NCBI GenBank assembly: GCA_905178155.1
Contig: CAJINV010000003.1
Location: 956,968 to 1,020,967 of the forward strand
From: Amoebophrya sp. A120
Lineage: Eukaryota; Protista; Dinoflagellata
DNA: 64,000 bases
Direction: 5' to 3'
The position numbers were made by a program, and so were the translations under genes. The notes under the pieces are model-generated. The model saw only the letters and a program-made list of their open reading frames with translations. It was not told the origin of the DNA and did no database searches. Positions 26,301-38,000 of the stretch are shown piece by piece; positions within the stretch are counted from its first letter, which is position 1, and the number at the start of each line of letters is the position of its first letter.

Positions 26301-27803
26301 CGAATCCATTGAATACAGATAGCAGGTGGACGCCATAGAATCCAAATGCATCTTCATGTTCATGCGCACATGCAGAAGTAGGCTCACTAGAAATGAGATG
26401 ATGTTGCAGATGAACAACTCGCGGTCCTACTGCGAGCCGAGCTCCCGGAAAAATGGGGCACGATTCCACCAGAGAATGTCGAGTATGGCGTTCTCAAATG
26501 TTCGTTACATTCTCAGCTGTTACATGATTTGCAATGCAAAAGCACAATCAAAATCGACACGATCAAGCTGCTTCGCATGACAAATTCTCGAAGGGCCCAA
26601 CAGGCTGAGAATCTGTGCCAGATCTGTCATGCAAGACGCGCAAGGTCACCCCTTTCACTTTTGCCATTCTTGCAGCACAAATTCATGTAACAGTTGAGAA
26701 TGTAACAGTTGAGAGCGCCATATCGAGACACACAGATTTGTAATGGACATACGGCGAAGTGGTCGTCTGGCACCCTCTGCGCCGCCCAGACAGCCGATTT
26801 TTTTCCGTTCGACAGGACGTGGAAGATCCACGCTTCTTTGCCGTCAGCGATCTGCAAGGATTCGCCTGCGCCTGGTGGTCCCGGGTCTTCGCCATAAAAA
26901 CCGTGCTTCACCTGACGGTGGGAGAGGGAATTCATGTAGAAGTTCTGACTCGTCTAGTTGTAGACTAACAAGAAAGTGCTTGTTGCTCTTCGTTCCACAT
27001 CCTCATTTTGATTTTTCTCCCGAGGCCGAGCTTTCATCATGACCTAGTATTTATTGCAAATGCAATGCGTTTATGCATATAGTACGAGCGCGAATAGGTT
27101 GGGTTGACACAACTCAAACAACACAACCAGATTGATAAGTACACAAGTGTACTATAAATTGCATCTCTGCTGACTTTCTCCTTCTACTTCTAGTACTTAC
27201 CGCCAAGTCCCCCATGGTGTGGATTGCACACCGTGCTGTCGCACATCGCTCCATTGCGATTTGGGTGAGAATCTTGAGCCCGAACAGGGCCCCGCTCTCG
27301 TAATCCGTAAAGAGTTTCGCGCCGCAGGTGCTTTCGCCGAAGGCGAGCCCCTTTTCGTTCAGCAATCCGTACGCTCCATCGTAGTACCCAAACGTGGTCG
27401 CTTCTGGGTCGGCCTCGATGTACCCAAGGATTTTCGTGACCTTCGTGCTGTCCGCCCGGAGATCCGCCTGGTTGGGAAAGTACATCGGCGCGTCCGCGGG
27501 ATCGGACGTGACCATGCGCGGATAACTCATCAACTGTAGCGGCACAGGACGTTTTCCATCCTTGTACCGGCGGGGCGGCACCCACGTCACCCGCGTGTCA
27601 CAGGTGCTGCAATCCACCGTGTGTGACACCATCGTGTTTCCAAGTTCCGTCGCGTCTCTCCCGATCGCAACGGAGGTGCAGGCCTGGGTGAAAAGCGGAC
27701 CATTCTCACCCCGCAAGAACGCGAGGAAGAATGTGAGCAAGGCAGAAGCAGAACCAGAACGACCCCGTTTGTGGCTCTTGGTTGTACAACGACTGAGCGT
27801 CAT
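23381..27803 (-). CDS. Peptidase C69 (dipeptidase A/secernin-like Ntn hydrolase) with C-terminal TM; exons 27803-27201, 26911-26752, 26075-25744, 25475-25421, 25184-24637, 24417-24274, 24083-24050, 23874-23381 (789 aa)
   Basis: A|CTSVAIGRDAT..MVSHTVD, NEKGLAFGESTC, IAMERCATARCAI, WAAQRVPDDH, RDHYEGT, RAISIPRT, SAWWAFNLVAN; exon sum 2370 nt is divisible by 3; two GT-AG introns plus five TIR/TSD introns. Confidence 0.9.
23880..24049. mobile_element. Introner family D (170 bp) in the C69 gene
   Basis: TIR catcctgtggaaaaacgtcc / tatcctgagtaaaaatgtcc; TSD atccg/acccg; removal gives KYNDG|FINT. Confidence 0.8.
24089..24273. mobile_element. Introner family C, diverged (185 bp), in the C69 gene
   Basis: TAT...ATA ends; TSD aaggt/gaggt; removal gives WWDL|ADELMVKY. 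Confidence 0.8.
25190..25420. mobile_element. Introner family E (231 bp) in the C69 gene
   Basis: TIR tatgagggtgcacaacgccctttccccctca / tatgagagtacacaactctccctctccctca; TSD tcagc; removal gives SRKL|TEQAVKDLHRDHY. Confidence 0.9.
25481..25743. mobile_element. Introner family B (263 bp) in the C69 gene
   Basis: TIR tatcaa(a/g)tgcaa..tg.ctgggtctggaaga; TSD caggt; removal gives HDL|PPTDNTRLPFSV. Confidence 0.9.
26079..26751. mobile_element. Older degenerate introner containing a nested element (C69 gene)
   Basis: TA ends, weak TIR sharing tgtgtctcg, residual duplication cgg; removing 26076-26751 gives DDHFA|VANNFIIR. Confidence 0.6.
26484..26722. mobile_element. Introner family A (239 bp), nested inside another intron
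   Basis: TIR tatggcg(t/c)tctcaa..gttacattctca.ctgttacatg; perfect TSD tcgag (26479-83, 26723-27). Confidence 0.9.
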
Positions 27804-28404
27804 GATGTTAGTTTTAGTTCGTGGCTCAAATATTAAGTAAAAGTTCCGAATAAAAGTTTCGCGACATAATTTCTTCGTGGGAGCAAGCACCCCCGGCGCC
27901 TCGGTGGACGATTGATGACGATGAAAACAGAGATACGACCCTTTGCTTTTGGTCTACTCTATTTGTAGTCTAGTTGTATTAAGCCCGTACGAATAAATGC
28001 GGGCGTGTTGTGAAGTTCAGTAGAAACAAAGGACATTCTGCTCGTTGTTTCAGACATCGACATCGTTTGGGATGAAGATCCTCTGCTACTTTTGTTTTGC
28101 ACCATCATGTGACCGAGTAGTTGTAGCGCCTGTCTTCAGGAGCAGGCTTTGGAAAGAGATCAGTCTGGCGAGGCACGCACGAGGAAGGGCAACACATCTA
28201 AACTTTAACTTTTAAACACAAAAAAGAACGAAAGACTGGACTCCGTGGGATTTTGGAGAAATTTGAATATCAAGTGGCGACATTTCTTCACGAGGGGCGG
28301 GAGTCGTATATATCCTAGTACATGAATGACGGTCATGCTCGAGGACCAACGGGATACATCGATTACTGTCTAGAATTGCGAGTATCTGAACCTCGTCACA
28401 TGGG

Positions 28405-31400
28405 TTACTGTTCAATAAACAGTCGTATCCGACTGAGCACGTTCTTGTTCACCGAGCGTGGCTTCTTGGCCGGGTCAAATTTCCCTTTTGTCCGCTGTTT
28501 TTCCAACATTTTTTCTTTCAAAACTTTGATCCATTCTGCGTCGGTTTTGTGCGGGAAGCGCCTTATCAGGTCGCGCCACGAGCGGAATTCTAGTACCAGC
28601 TGCTCCACCGCCTCCTCCCCGCACTGGTCGATGTGGCGCAACATTCGCCCAAAAATCTGCCGCGTCTGCAGGTCCGCGGTCTTCTTCGCAGTTCGCGCGA
28701 ACTCTTCGTAGGTGTAGTACCCGCCGCCCTCGGTGCCGGTTATTTTATGATGATCTTTTTCTTTGTTCGGAGACGAACTAGGTACCGCAGTACCAACTAC
28801 GTGGCGAGCCTCGACGGGATTAATTGCTACGGCAGATGAAGATCCTGTTTGCTGCTCACGGGGGTCCTGGAGTTTTTGTACGCTTGTCGTCAGGCTCTCA
28901 AGTAGGGCGTGGGTGTGCTCCGGATTTTGCGTCCGACAAACCCGGATTCCGGAAATAAACTGCGTGTGCACCAGGGCCGCGCAGATGGTCGAATGCGGCA
29001 AGCCACGGTCGAAACCGAACTTTTTCGCGCCGCCGGCCTTCATCTCCCAAAAGCACCTTTTGCTGCATTCGACGAGGTAAAAGAGGCGAACGAGGTCCTG
29101 CGGCATTTTCAGAAACCGCCGCTTCTGTTCGTTGTACCGCCCGTCGCGGATACTGGAATCCAAATCCGGAACGGACTTGCGCTCCAGCAGAAAGCCCGCG
29201 AGCAACTCGTTGCTTTCGCTCGCGCCGCCGCCGCGGGGGCTTCCCGTCGCTTTATTGCTCATCTCGTCGTCTCGCCAGATCCAGCACATGTCTCCCAGCG
29301 GCAAAGCGCGCATCTCCGACGTGTCGCTCAGAGATGTGCTCTTGAAAGCGCGCTGCTCGCGGGTGTCCGAAAGCAGCACTAGAGTCTGGTGCGAGTTCGC
29401 TGGCTTCCGGCACCCGCGAAAGTAGAAGCGCGTTGTCCCCTATCGCAACAAAAAAGTGTTACAGTTACACATTGTGTTGCAGGCCAAGCAAGACAGACAA
29501 GCTCTGTCATGCCGGATATGCATAGGAGCCTCGTTTCAGAGGTGTTTTGCCGTAGGATTTCTGCATTACAAGTTTTCTCTCTCATGCAGAGAAATTTGTG
29601 TTGTTGAACTCACTACAAATGTGTAAACTGTATACACTTTTTTCGTGGGATATCCCAGCGGCAGCGGCTCCTGCTGAGGCGATGGACTCCTGCAACGATA
29701 GATGTGCTGGGGAAAAATTGCGGCTAGTTGTAGTTCCCGAGGGAGGTGGTGGAGCCGAGATGTAGCTCTTGTCGACCTTGGCACCAAAAGCAAATCCGCT
29801 GCTGCCCGCAAACTGCGACGTGGTAGTAGAGCTAGAGGCAGCTGCTGTTCTTGCAACTCCAAGAACTCCTGTGGTCACACTCGTCTCCGATGCTATAATA
29901 AGATTTTTGCCTCCAAAGGTAGAACCGGAGGCCGTCGCGGAGGAAAAGAAGGCCGATGAAAAAGTCGCGGAAAACCCTATGACGCGCTCAGGTGTTACAA
30001 TCTCAAGCGCTTCAATAGAAGAGTCTGGATGTTGTATTGCATGACCACGAGCATGACAGACTCGCACAGCACGCGTCATCCACCTTCTGCAATACAAATA
30101 TCGCCAGATTCTAGTAGGGTTTTGGATTCCAGCACAACTTGTCATGCGCAATCCTGTGGGAGTACGTAGGATAGATCATGCATTTCGTTCTTGAATCACA
30201 GAAGATTGCCAGTATTCTCTTGTAACGTTTGAGATTGTAACCGTTTGAGCAGGTCGTAAACCCAGCCTGCTTCGCGGTAGGTGCCGCTGGTGCGGTGGCG
30301 GCGGTCGTACTCGAAAAGCCGGAAATCTGCATCTTCGAACCGGCTGCAACAGCTACTGCGCCAGTTGTGTCATTCATAGGTTGCAACGTCAGCGCGTTCT
30401 GATTGGAAGATGCGGATGCGGTACCTGGTGGTGGTGGTCGCGAGGCCCGTAGACGGGCAATCAATTCCGTCGTGGACGTGGACTATGCATTGCAAATATG
30501 TGTTCTGGGTCTGGAAACTTGTGATGCAAGGAAGGGAATGGTGAGCACACTGTAATGCTACTCCCGCGCTGCCAAGCATGACAAGTTTTTCCGTGGTGGT
30601 GGTTCTGAGTTGCGTATCCCACATGGGAAACTAATTTCATTTTTGCATGACACCAGGCGAGAGGAGCTCATTCCGGCCTCGCAATACAGAGCTCACAGTT
30701 AACATCACATGCCAGACAAGCAGAAGCATGACAGACCTTGTACATCTACCTCCAGACCCAGACATATTTGTAGTTGATATGGACGTTAGAGGAAGCTGAG
30801 CAGCGGGTGATTGAAGCATGGGCGTACCATCAGGGCTCGTGGTCACGTGTGCTCCTGCTGCTTTATCACGATCGGCGGACTGAAAACTAGAAAATGACGC
30901 AGGGTCAGCTGCGTGGTCCTCTGTGTACATACGCCGCTCCAACTGTTGTGCCACCTGTGGCTTTGGAACGAACAGTTCCGCTCCTGGGAGTTGTGGATGA
31001 GAGGTCGGATTCGTAGTTTGATATCCTCCTATTAATGTTCCACTTCCGTGCTGCCGATGCTGTTGTTGCTGAACTGCACTGGAAGTTGTTGGCGCCCCAC
31101 TGGTACTAGGTATCGCTCGCTGGTGCCCAAAACTTGATGTCTGGGGCGGAAAGCCGTGTGGTGCAAAGTTGTAGCTCGTCTGCGGAAAGCCCTGTGGTCC
31201 GCGGTCATTCGACTGGTGCTGTCCGAAGCCCGGCCCAAAGTTGTTCCCACTATGCATCTGCCCGTTGTTCATGAACCCGTTGTTGAGTGCCGGCGACGCG
31301 TTAATATTGTGTTGCTGTTGCTGTTCATCTTGATGCACGAAGCCGAATACAGCACGACCGGTGTTCTTTGGGCCACCAGGCTCGTCTAGTTGCACCTGTG

Positions 31401-33700
31401 GTCCAGACGACGACGTCGGAGGTTGTGGCTGGTGCTGCTCCAGAACGGGGGAAGTGAGAATCATCTGCTCGTCTCCGCTTGCTCCGGGCGCGGCTGGAGA
31501 GAAGTTGTGAAAGTTGTTATTTACCTGCCCGAATGAAGATCCCGCCGCTGCGGAGAAAGCACCACCAGTGCTGCCCACTGGCTGCACGGCCGGAGAGAAT
31601 TGCGACTTTTGTCCAAATGCAGGACCACCACCAAAAAACGCGGGAATGCCACTTCTAGAGGCTGCTGGTCCTGCGAAACCTCCGGTGAAAGACGACGCGA
31701 AGCCAGATGAGGAGGAACTACTAGATGCTACAGTATTCTTGAATCCAATTGCAAACTGCGAGTTCGATGTACTATTTCTTGCAGTCGTGTCGAACGACTG
31801 AACATTGCCCGTTGTGTTGTAGTTGAACTGCGAGAACTGTGAGGACGCAGAACGCTGCGGCTGCAAATCGGTATGATCAACGACATGGTTGGCATTATTC
31901 GCATGATTCGCACTTTTGAATTTGCTCACGCTCGTTCCTGTTCCTGACGCGGCCGCAGAGTTCGTCAGACCCGCACCAGAAGGCTCGAACGAGGTCCCCG
32001 AAGGGGCCGCTCCCCCGCGTAAAGGGCCTTTTACTACGACCGGAGCCAGAAGCCGTTCGACCAAGCTAGCAGTGCTTCCAGAAGCAGGTGCGGCTGGTGG
32101 GGCTCCTGCGGTCGGTCCATCATTTCCGTTTCTTTCAACTCGCATTCGCTTCAACGGCGGTGGTTCCGCCGCATAAAACTGCGAGGAGGATGACGGGGCA
32201 GCAAGAGCTACACTCGACGTTGAGCTCCCGGATGTTGAACGGAAATTATAGTGCGGGTCAGTTTGTTGTACCAGTTGGGATGAAATGCCAATGCGCCGCT
32301 CCTCTTCTTCCGCGAGTGATAGCTTGATGGCCCTTTGAAGGTCCTCTTCCTCACGTGCGGCAGCTGCAGCAAGGCCCACCACGTAGTTCTGATTTCTGTC
32401 ATCGAGTTGAGGTGGAACAAGTGGAACTACACCGACACCGTCTTCTTGCTGGACCACATTTTTAAGGCCGTCGTCGTGGTCTACTGCTTTATCAACAAAT
32501 AACTATCAAATGCAAAAGTGTCTGGGTCTGGAAGAATGGATGTTTGATGTCATGCTTGTCTGGCGTGACTCTTGAATCTGTCATGCACGTTACCCAAGCG
32601 CTCCACTTTTCTGTCATGCAGGAACGCAGTTTGTCATGCAGAATAGGCAACACCTAGAAGCGCAGAAACTTGTCATGCTGGGCCAGCACTTGCGGCCTCA
32701 TCATGGTACGCCACCCAGCATCACAAGTTTTCAGACCCAGACATTTTTGCATTTGATAATAACGGCGGTGCGACGAGGAAACCTCCACCATCGTCGGAAG
32801 ACGAGGAGGTATCTCCGGCCTCATCCTCTTCCGAGTTAAAGTCTTCTATCAAATGTAAAAGTGTCTGGGTCTGCTGGAAACTTGTGATGCTGTGTGGCGT
32901 ATCATGAGGAGGCCACAATTGCTGGCTCAGCATGACAAGTTTCTGAGCTTCTAGGTGTTGCCTATTCTGCATGACAAACTACGTTTCTGCATGACAGAAA
33001 AGTGGGGCTCTTTGGTAATGTGCATGACAGATTTAAGAGTCATGCCAGACAAGCATGACAAACTAGCATTCTTCCAGACCCAGACATTTTTACATTTGAT
33101 ATCTTCGTCCTCCGTACCATTATCCTCCTCATTCTCCGAGGGCACGACCCCGGACACCTGACTGTCGGGACCAGGACGAAGAACCGCAGTAGATTTAATA
33201 TTTCGCTTCTTAGAAGAGCCCCCTGCTCCGGTCGTGTTCGGCTGAATTTCCCCGGATTCCACGCGTCGCTGGAGGTCCTGAACGTTCGCGCGACCCAGCA
33301 GCAGCTCGGGGTCGTTCTTGAGCGCCTTTGTGAGCCGCGCCTTCACTTTAGTTCGCCACTTTCGCAGCTGCTTGACGCTCTCCGCAGCACCATCGGAGGA
33401 AGTAGAAGTTGCGGCGGCACCATTGTTCATCTTGGCGGACGAGGCCGTCGCTTTATTTTTATCGTGCAGAACCCGCTCGAAGTCCGCAGAAAAGGTCTTG
33501 CCCACACCCGTCAGCCACTGGGCTTGCACGCTGGTATCCAAGGCGAGAGGGTAGGCTTTCAAGCTCTTCACCACACCCCGGACGTTTCTCTTGGCGTCGT
33601 AACTGACGGCCCCCTTTTCCTCAAAGTGCGCGAGGAAAGCCGCATTTGCGGGGTGCGTGCGAACATTCATCTGAGCGGCGTTTTTCTTTTTCGAGGACAT
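28405..33700 (-). CDS. MUS81: Structure-specific endonuclease MUS81; exons 33700-33102, 32841-32759, 32498-30780, 30478-30259, 29972-29653, 29435-28405 (1323 aa)
   Basis: N-terminal HhH (PANAAFL..KSLKAYPLAL..WLTGVG); ERCC4 domain VLLSDTRE, LPLGDMCW, LLERKSVPDLDSSIRDGRYNEQKRR, FYLVE; C-terminal QIFGRMLRHIDQCG; exon sum 3972 nt is divisible by 3 after removing five introners. Confidence 0.9.
29441..29652. mobile_element. Introner family F (212 bp) in MUS81
   Basis: TIR tatc..a..aaaaaagtgt..aca; TSD tcccc/tccca; homologous throughout to 56436-56656; removal joins into VLLSDTRE. Confidence 0.9.
29978..30258. mobile_element. Introner family A, diverged (281 bp), in MUS81
   Basis: TIR ta(t/c)gac..gctca...gttacaatctcaa; TSD aaccc; in-frame join AGF|SATF. 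Confidence 0.8.
30484..30779. mobile_element. Introner family B, diverged (296 bp), in MUS81
   Basis: TIR containing caaatatgt..ctgggtctgga; TSD tggac; in-frame join. Confidence 0.85.
32504..32758. mobile_element. Introner family B (255 bp) in MUS81
   Basis: TIR tatcaaatgcaaaa.tgtctgggtctg; TSD ataac; in-frame join PPL|FVDKAV. Confidence 0.92.
32847..33101. mobile_element. Introner family B (255 bp) in MUS81, opposite orientation to 32504-32758
   Basis: TIR tatcaaatgtaaaa.tgtctgggtctg; TSD tcttc; join EDED|FNSEED. Confidence 0.92.
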
Positions 33701-34360
33701 CGTGGTGCCAATAAAGTTCTTCGGCGTACTGTGCTGGACGAAATTCTACATTTTCTGAAATATTCTGTTCATCATCTCAGTCGGAACATACTTGTGAGGA
33801 CGCAAAATAATGGAAATAGGAATACTTACTTTGCGAAAAGGGGTTTGCGATTGAATTGTTCTTTTTGTCCCATCAAATATTACTTGAGCGTTGAGGTTTT
33901 GAAAAGCGATATATCTGCACGCACTTCTTCCTAACGTTGATCGTGGTGTCTGCCTGTGTCAGATACGTTAACGACCTTGCTTTCAATCACGACGACAAGC
34001 GTGAGGATCTTCGCGTCCGCTTTGCGGCCTTTTTGCGGAGACATGACGGATCAAGGGAAGAATTCCATGTCGCACTTTATTTTCAACACAAAGAGAGAAG
34101 CGAACAAAATTCTCATCGTCAACTACGCTCAAATAAGCCAGCACACGATACCCATTAGCCTTCAGGGTGCGCTTGCCCCTGCGTGCCGCGGCTTGCACGC
34201 TTTACTAGTATGTAGATTTTTATCATCAGTTGGGAGGTAGAGGCTCTGGTTCTTTACCTCCAGATAAAAAGCGGTTGTTTAAAACGGCAGTGCTTCGAAA
34301 GATCCTTGCTCGTCAACAAGCACAAGCTATCGACCTTTTGCTTGCGTTCTTTCGAACTAT

Positions 34361-35032
34361 TGATTCACATTTCGTTTCCGGTCGTTCCAATCATACACAC
34401 AGAATAATGGTCTGCGATTTCAGTAGCGTTTTCAAAATCGGCCTTGTGCAGTTGGAACGGAAGATCACGACAATCATGATTCTCCGGTTCACAAACTTTC
34501 ATGAGCGGCCTCAAAGTATTAGAAACACCAGTGATTTTCTCATTTTCTCGGAGCTGCCCTCGAAAGAGTAAACAATAAAGATAAACTTGCTTCAAGTGCT
34601 TGTGCACGTAGACGTAATTAAAGATATTAAATGCGCCGGGATTATCTTCTGTGTTTTTTACGTCTACCTCTACTGGTACTGTTGTGTTTGCATGATTCGC
34701 ATTTCGTTTCCGGTCGTTCCAATCATACACACAAAATAATGGTCTGCGACGAGTTCAGTAGCATTTTCAAAATCGGCCTCGTGCAGTTGGAACGGAAGAT
34801 CACGACAATCATGATTCTCCGGTTCACAAACTTTCATAAGCGGCCTCAAAGTGTTAGAAACACCAGTGATGTTCTCATTTTCTCGGAGCTGCCCTTGAAA
34901 GAGTCAACAATAAAGATAAACTTGCTTCAAGTGCTTGTGCACGTAAAAATTATTTACTTAAAGATAAATGCGTCGGGATCATTAACTTCTGTGTTTTTCA
35001 CGTCTACCTCTACTGGTACTGTTGCGTTTGCA
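34361..35032. repeat. Diverged tandem duplication (~332 and ~340 bp units)
   Basis: tgattc(a/g)catttcgtttccggtcgttccaatcatacac... starts at 34361 and 34693; both units end gttg(t/c)gtttgca. Confidence 0.9.
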
Positions 35033-38000
35033 AAAGTGGTCCCGGCTGATCGTGCCGCCGCGGCCGCGCGTCCGTGCCACTTTGCGGCCGCGTATCATGA
35101 GAGTGCACAACTCCCCCTCCCCCTCATTTGTGATGCAAAATGTCTAATTTACACCTTGCCTCTGGGCACTGTTAGCATGACAAGTTCTCGCAGCCCAAAT
35201 AGCACTACACTCCTGTCCAACTTTGTCATGCAAAACCTGTATTCTTGCTGACGCTTGTATTGCCGTTCATGCAACACAAATGAGGGGGAGGGGGAGTTGT
35301 GCACTCTGATACCGCGCTCGATCAGACGCGAACCGTTTGGCTCGATCAGACGCGAAGCGTTTCTCTCTGCTCCCTGCTCTTCGTGTCCTCTCAGTGGACT
35401 GGGTGTTGATGGTCTCCTGCTCCTCTCCGGCTCCTCCAGCAACTAGTACATCAGTACCCACCAGCACATCTGGATCCAGACCACCCTCCACCTCCTCACC
35501 AGCTTCATCTGCGTGTATTTTTGGCGCGGCTGGCCGTTCTGTCTCCTGCAAATAATATCCTTCCCTCCTCAGCTCTGGGACCGCATGCTCGTAGAAAAAA
35601 GCTCCCCAGGATCGCACGCCTGTGGACTGTTGGAAGTTCGTTCTCCACCCAATCCTCCTCGATGGTCGTGTTTGCCTTTGCTCAAGTACTCCTCCAGTTT
35701 GCGTCTCCAAGGCTCTGCCAGCGGTACTCCTCCGGTTTGCGTCTCCAGTCCAAGCAGCACTTACCACCGGCCCCAACGCGAGATGGACGCTATAGGCCCT
35801 CCGCAGCTTAGCGGCGACCTCAGGCGCATGATTTTTATGTGCTTCCTTTATTACTTCCAGGTACTTTTTCGCCTGTTCGACGACGAAGCTGAGTAGCTTT
35901 ATGTAATTCGGCTTGCCTTTCTGCCGTGTCACGGTTGAGAGCAAAACTCTTGAGGCGCGAAAAGTGCCAACGTCTTCATCAGGGTTTAGGCCCAGCCAAG
36001 CATCGTAACGCAGCAACGTCATGTCTTGGCTTCGCTCTCTGCCCTCTCTTCTTGGCTCAGCGAGCCCCGGACTCGGATGCGATAGCTGCCTCCTCGACGA
36101 CGACGCTCCAGGAGCACCAGCAGCCGGCGCAGCATCTTCAGGCCCTGGATCATCGCGCACTACCACTAACTCGAGTTCTCTATGTGTTGCTCTACTAGGT
36201 GCATCTTCCCTGTCTTTGTCTTCCTCCACATGATTCGCGGCAGGCCGCTCTTTGTAGTACGTGGTGTTGATGGTCTCCTGTCCGGTTGCGCCGTGCTCCT
36301 CCTGATCATCTCTTTCTCTGTGTCCGTTCGCAGCGTTCTTCTCAGTCGTCGATCTGGCTTCCTGCTCTCCAGCCGCGCCACCAGCCGACAGCACACGACC
36401 ACCGCCCTCAGTCTGCGCTGAGTCGCCAGTCGTTCTTGATGGGGGAGATCCCCATCGCCATCCCGACGTCGTTGAGAGGGTCGGCGTTTCGCTTCTTGAT
36501 GTCGCGCAGCTGGTAGCGACCAGCATCTTCTGATGATCTTGATCATGACATGCATCATCATCGACTCCCCCGCGCGCTCCTCGTCTTCTAGCTCTACGTG
36601 CACGACGACCCTCCTCCTCTTCCTCAACATGACTCTCAGCGGCCGACGCGTGCTCCTCACAGCTTGTAGAAGCTGCTTATCGTGCTTCTCCAACTAGTGC
36701 ATCAGCATCCACATCACCTGGATCCGGAGTGCCCTCCACCTCCTCATCTTCTGCGTGTTGCAAATCATATCCCTCTGCCGTCAGCCTTGGGAGTACATGG
36801 CCGTAGAAAAACTCTCCCCAGGATTGCACGCTTGGTATCGCCTGTCGGAAGGTCCGACTCCCGATCGACTTCGTGTTCGTCACTATTCCTTCTTGCTTTA
36901 CTGCCTTTTGCGATGCCATGGCGTTTCCCCAAGCTTTCCTTACCAGCGGTTTCATCGCGAAGTAGACGCTACGGGGCCTCCGCAGCTTAGCGGCCACCTC
37001 TGGCGCATGATTTTTATGTGCTTCCATTACCACTTCCAGGTACTTTTTCGCCTGTTCGACGACGAAGCTGAGTAGCTTTATGTAATTCGGCTTGCCTTTC
37101 TGCCGTGTCACGGTTGAGAGCAAAACTCTTGAGGCGCGAAAAGTGCCAACGTCTTCATCAGGGTTTAGGCCCAGCTCCGAGGCATCGTAACTTTTCAATT
37201 TTTTGTCTTGGTATTGCTCTCTGCCCGTTCTTCTTATTGGCTCAGCGAGCCCCGGACTCGGATGCGATAGCTGCCTCCTCGACGACGACGCTGCAGGAAC
37301 ACCAGCAGCCGGCGCAGCATCTTCATTTTTCCGCAGAGGAAAATATCCTTCCGCCGTCAGCGTTGGGACCACATGGTCGTAGAAAAATTCTGCCAAGAAT
37401 TGCACGCGTATCGACTGCTGGCAGTTCATTCTGGCAGCTCTAGTACAACGCCTCCTCGCGAAATGCGGGCCCCAAGCCTTGTTCACGAGACGTTTCACCA
37501 CGATGTAGACGACCAGGGGGCTCCGCAGCCCGACGGCGCCCTCGGCCGCAGGGTTTCTATGTGCTTTCATTCTCCACCAGTATTCTTTCGCATATTCGAC
37601 GGCGAAGCTGAGCAGCTCTTCGTAATTCGGGTAGATATAATTATCGGGCTGTTCTTCCCAGTCGGGCCGTGTCACGCTCATATCAAATGCAAAAGTGTCT
37701 GGGTCTGGAAACTTGTGATGCTGGGTGGCGTATCATGAGGAGGCCACAAGTGCTGGCTCAGCATGACAAGTTTNATGTAATTCGGCTTGCCTTTCTGCCG
37801 TGTCACGGTTGAGAGCAAAACTCTTGAGGCGCGAAAAGTGCCAACGTCTTCATCAGGGTTTAGGCCCAGCTCCGAGGCATCGTAACTTTTCAATTTTTTG
37901 TCTTGGTATTGCTCTCTGCCCGTTCTTCTTATTGGCTCAGCGAGCCCCGGACTCGGATGCGATAGCTGCCTCCTCGACGACGACGCTGCAGGAACACCAG

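Noticed and set aside
17072-36679. Stop-codon reassignment as an explanation for the internal TAA codons (reported for one Amoebophrya isolate)
   Set aside because: Kilobase-long exons are stop-free in the standard code, genes end in TAA/TAG/TGA, and the Kir TM1 is clearly in another frame.
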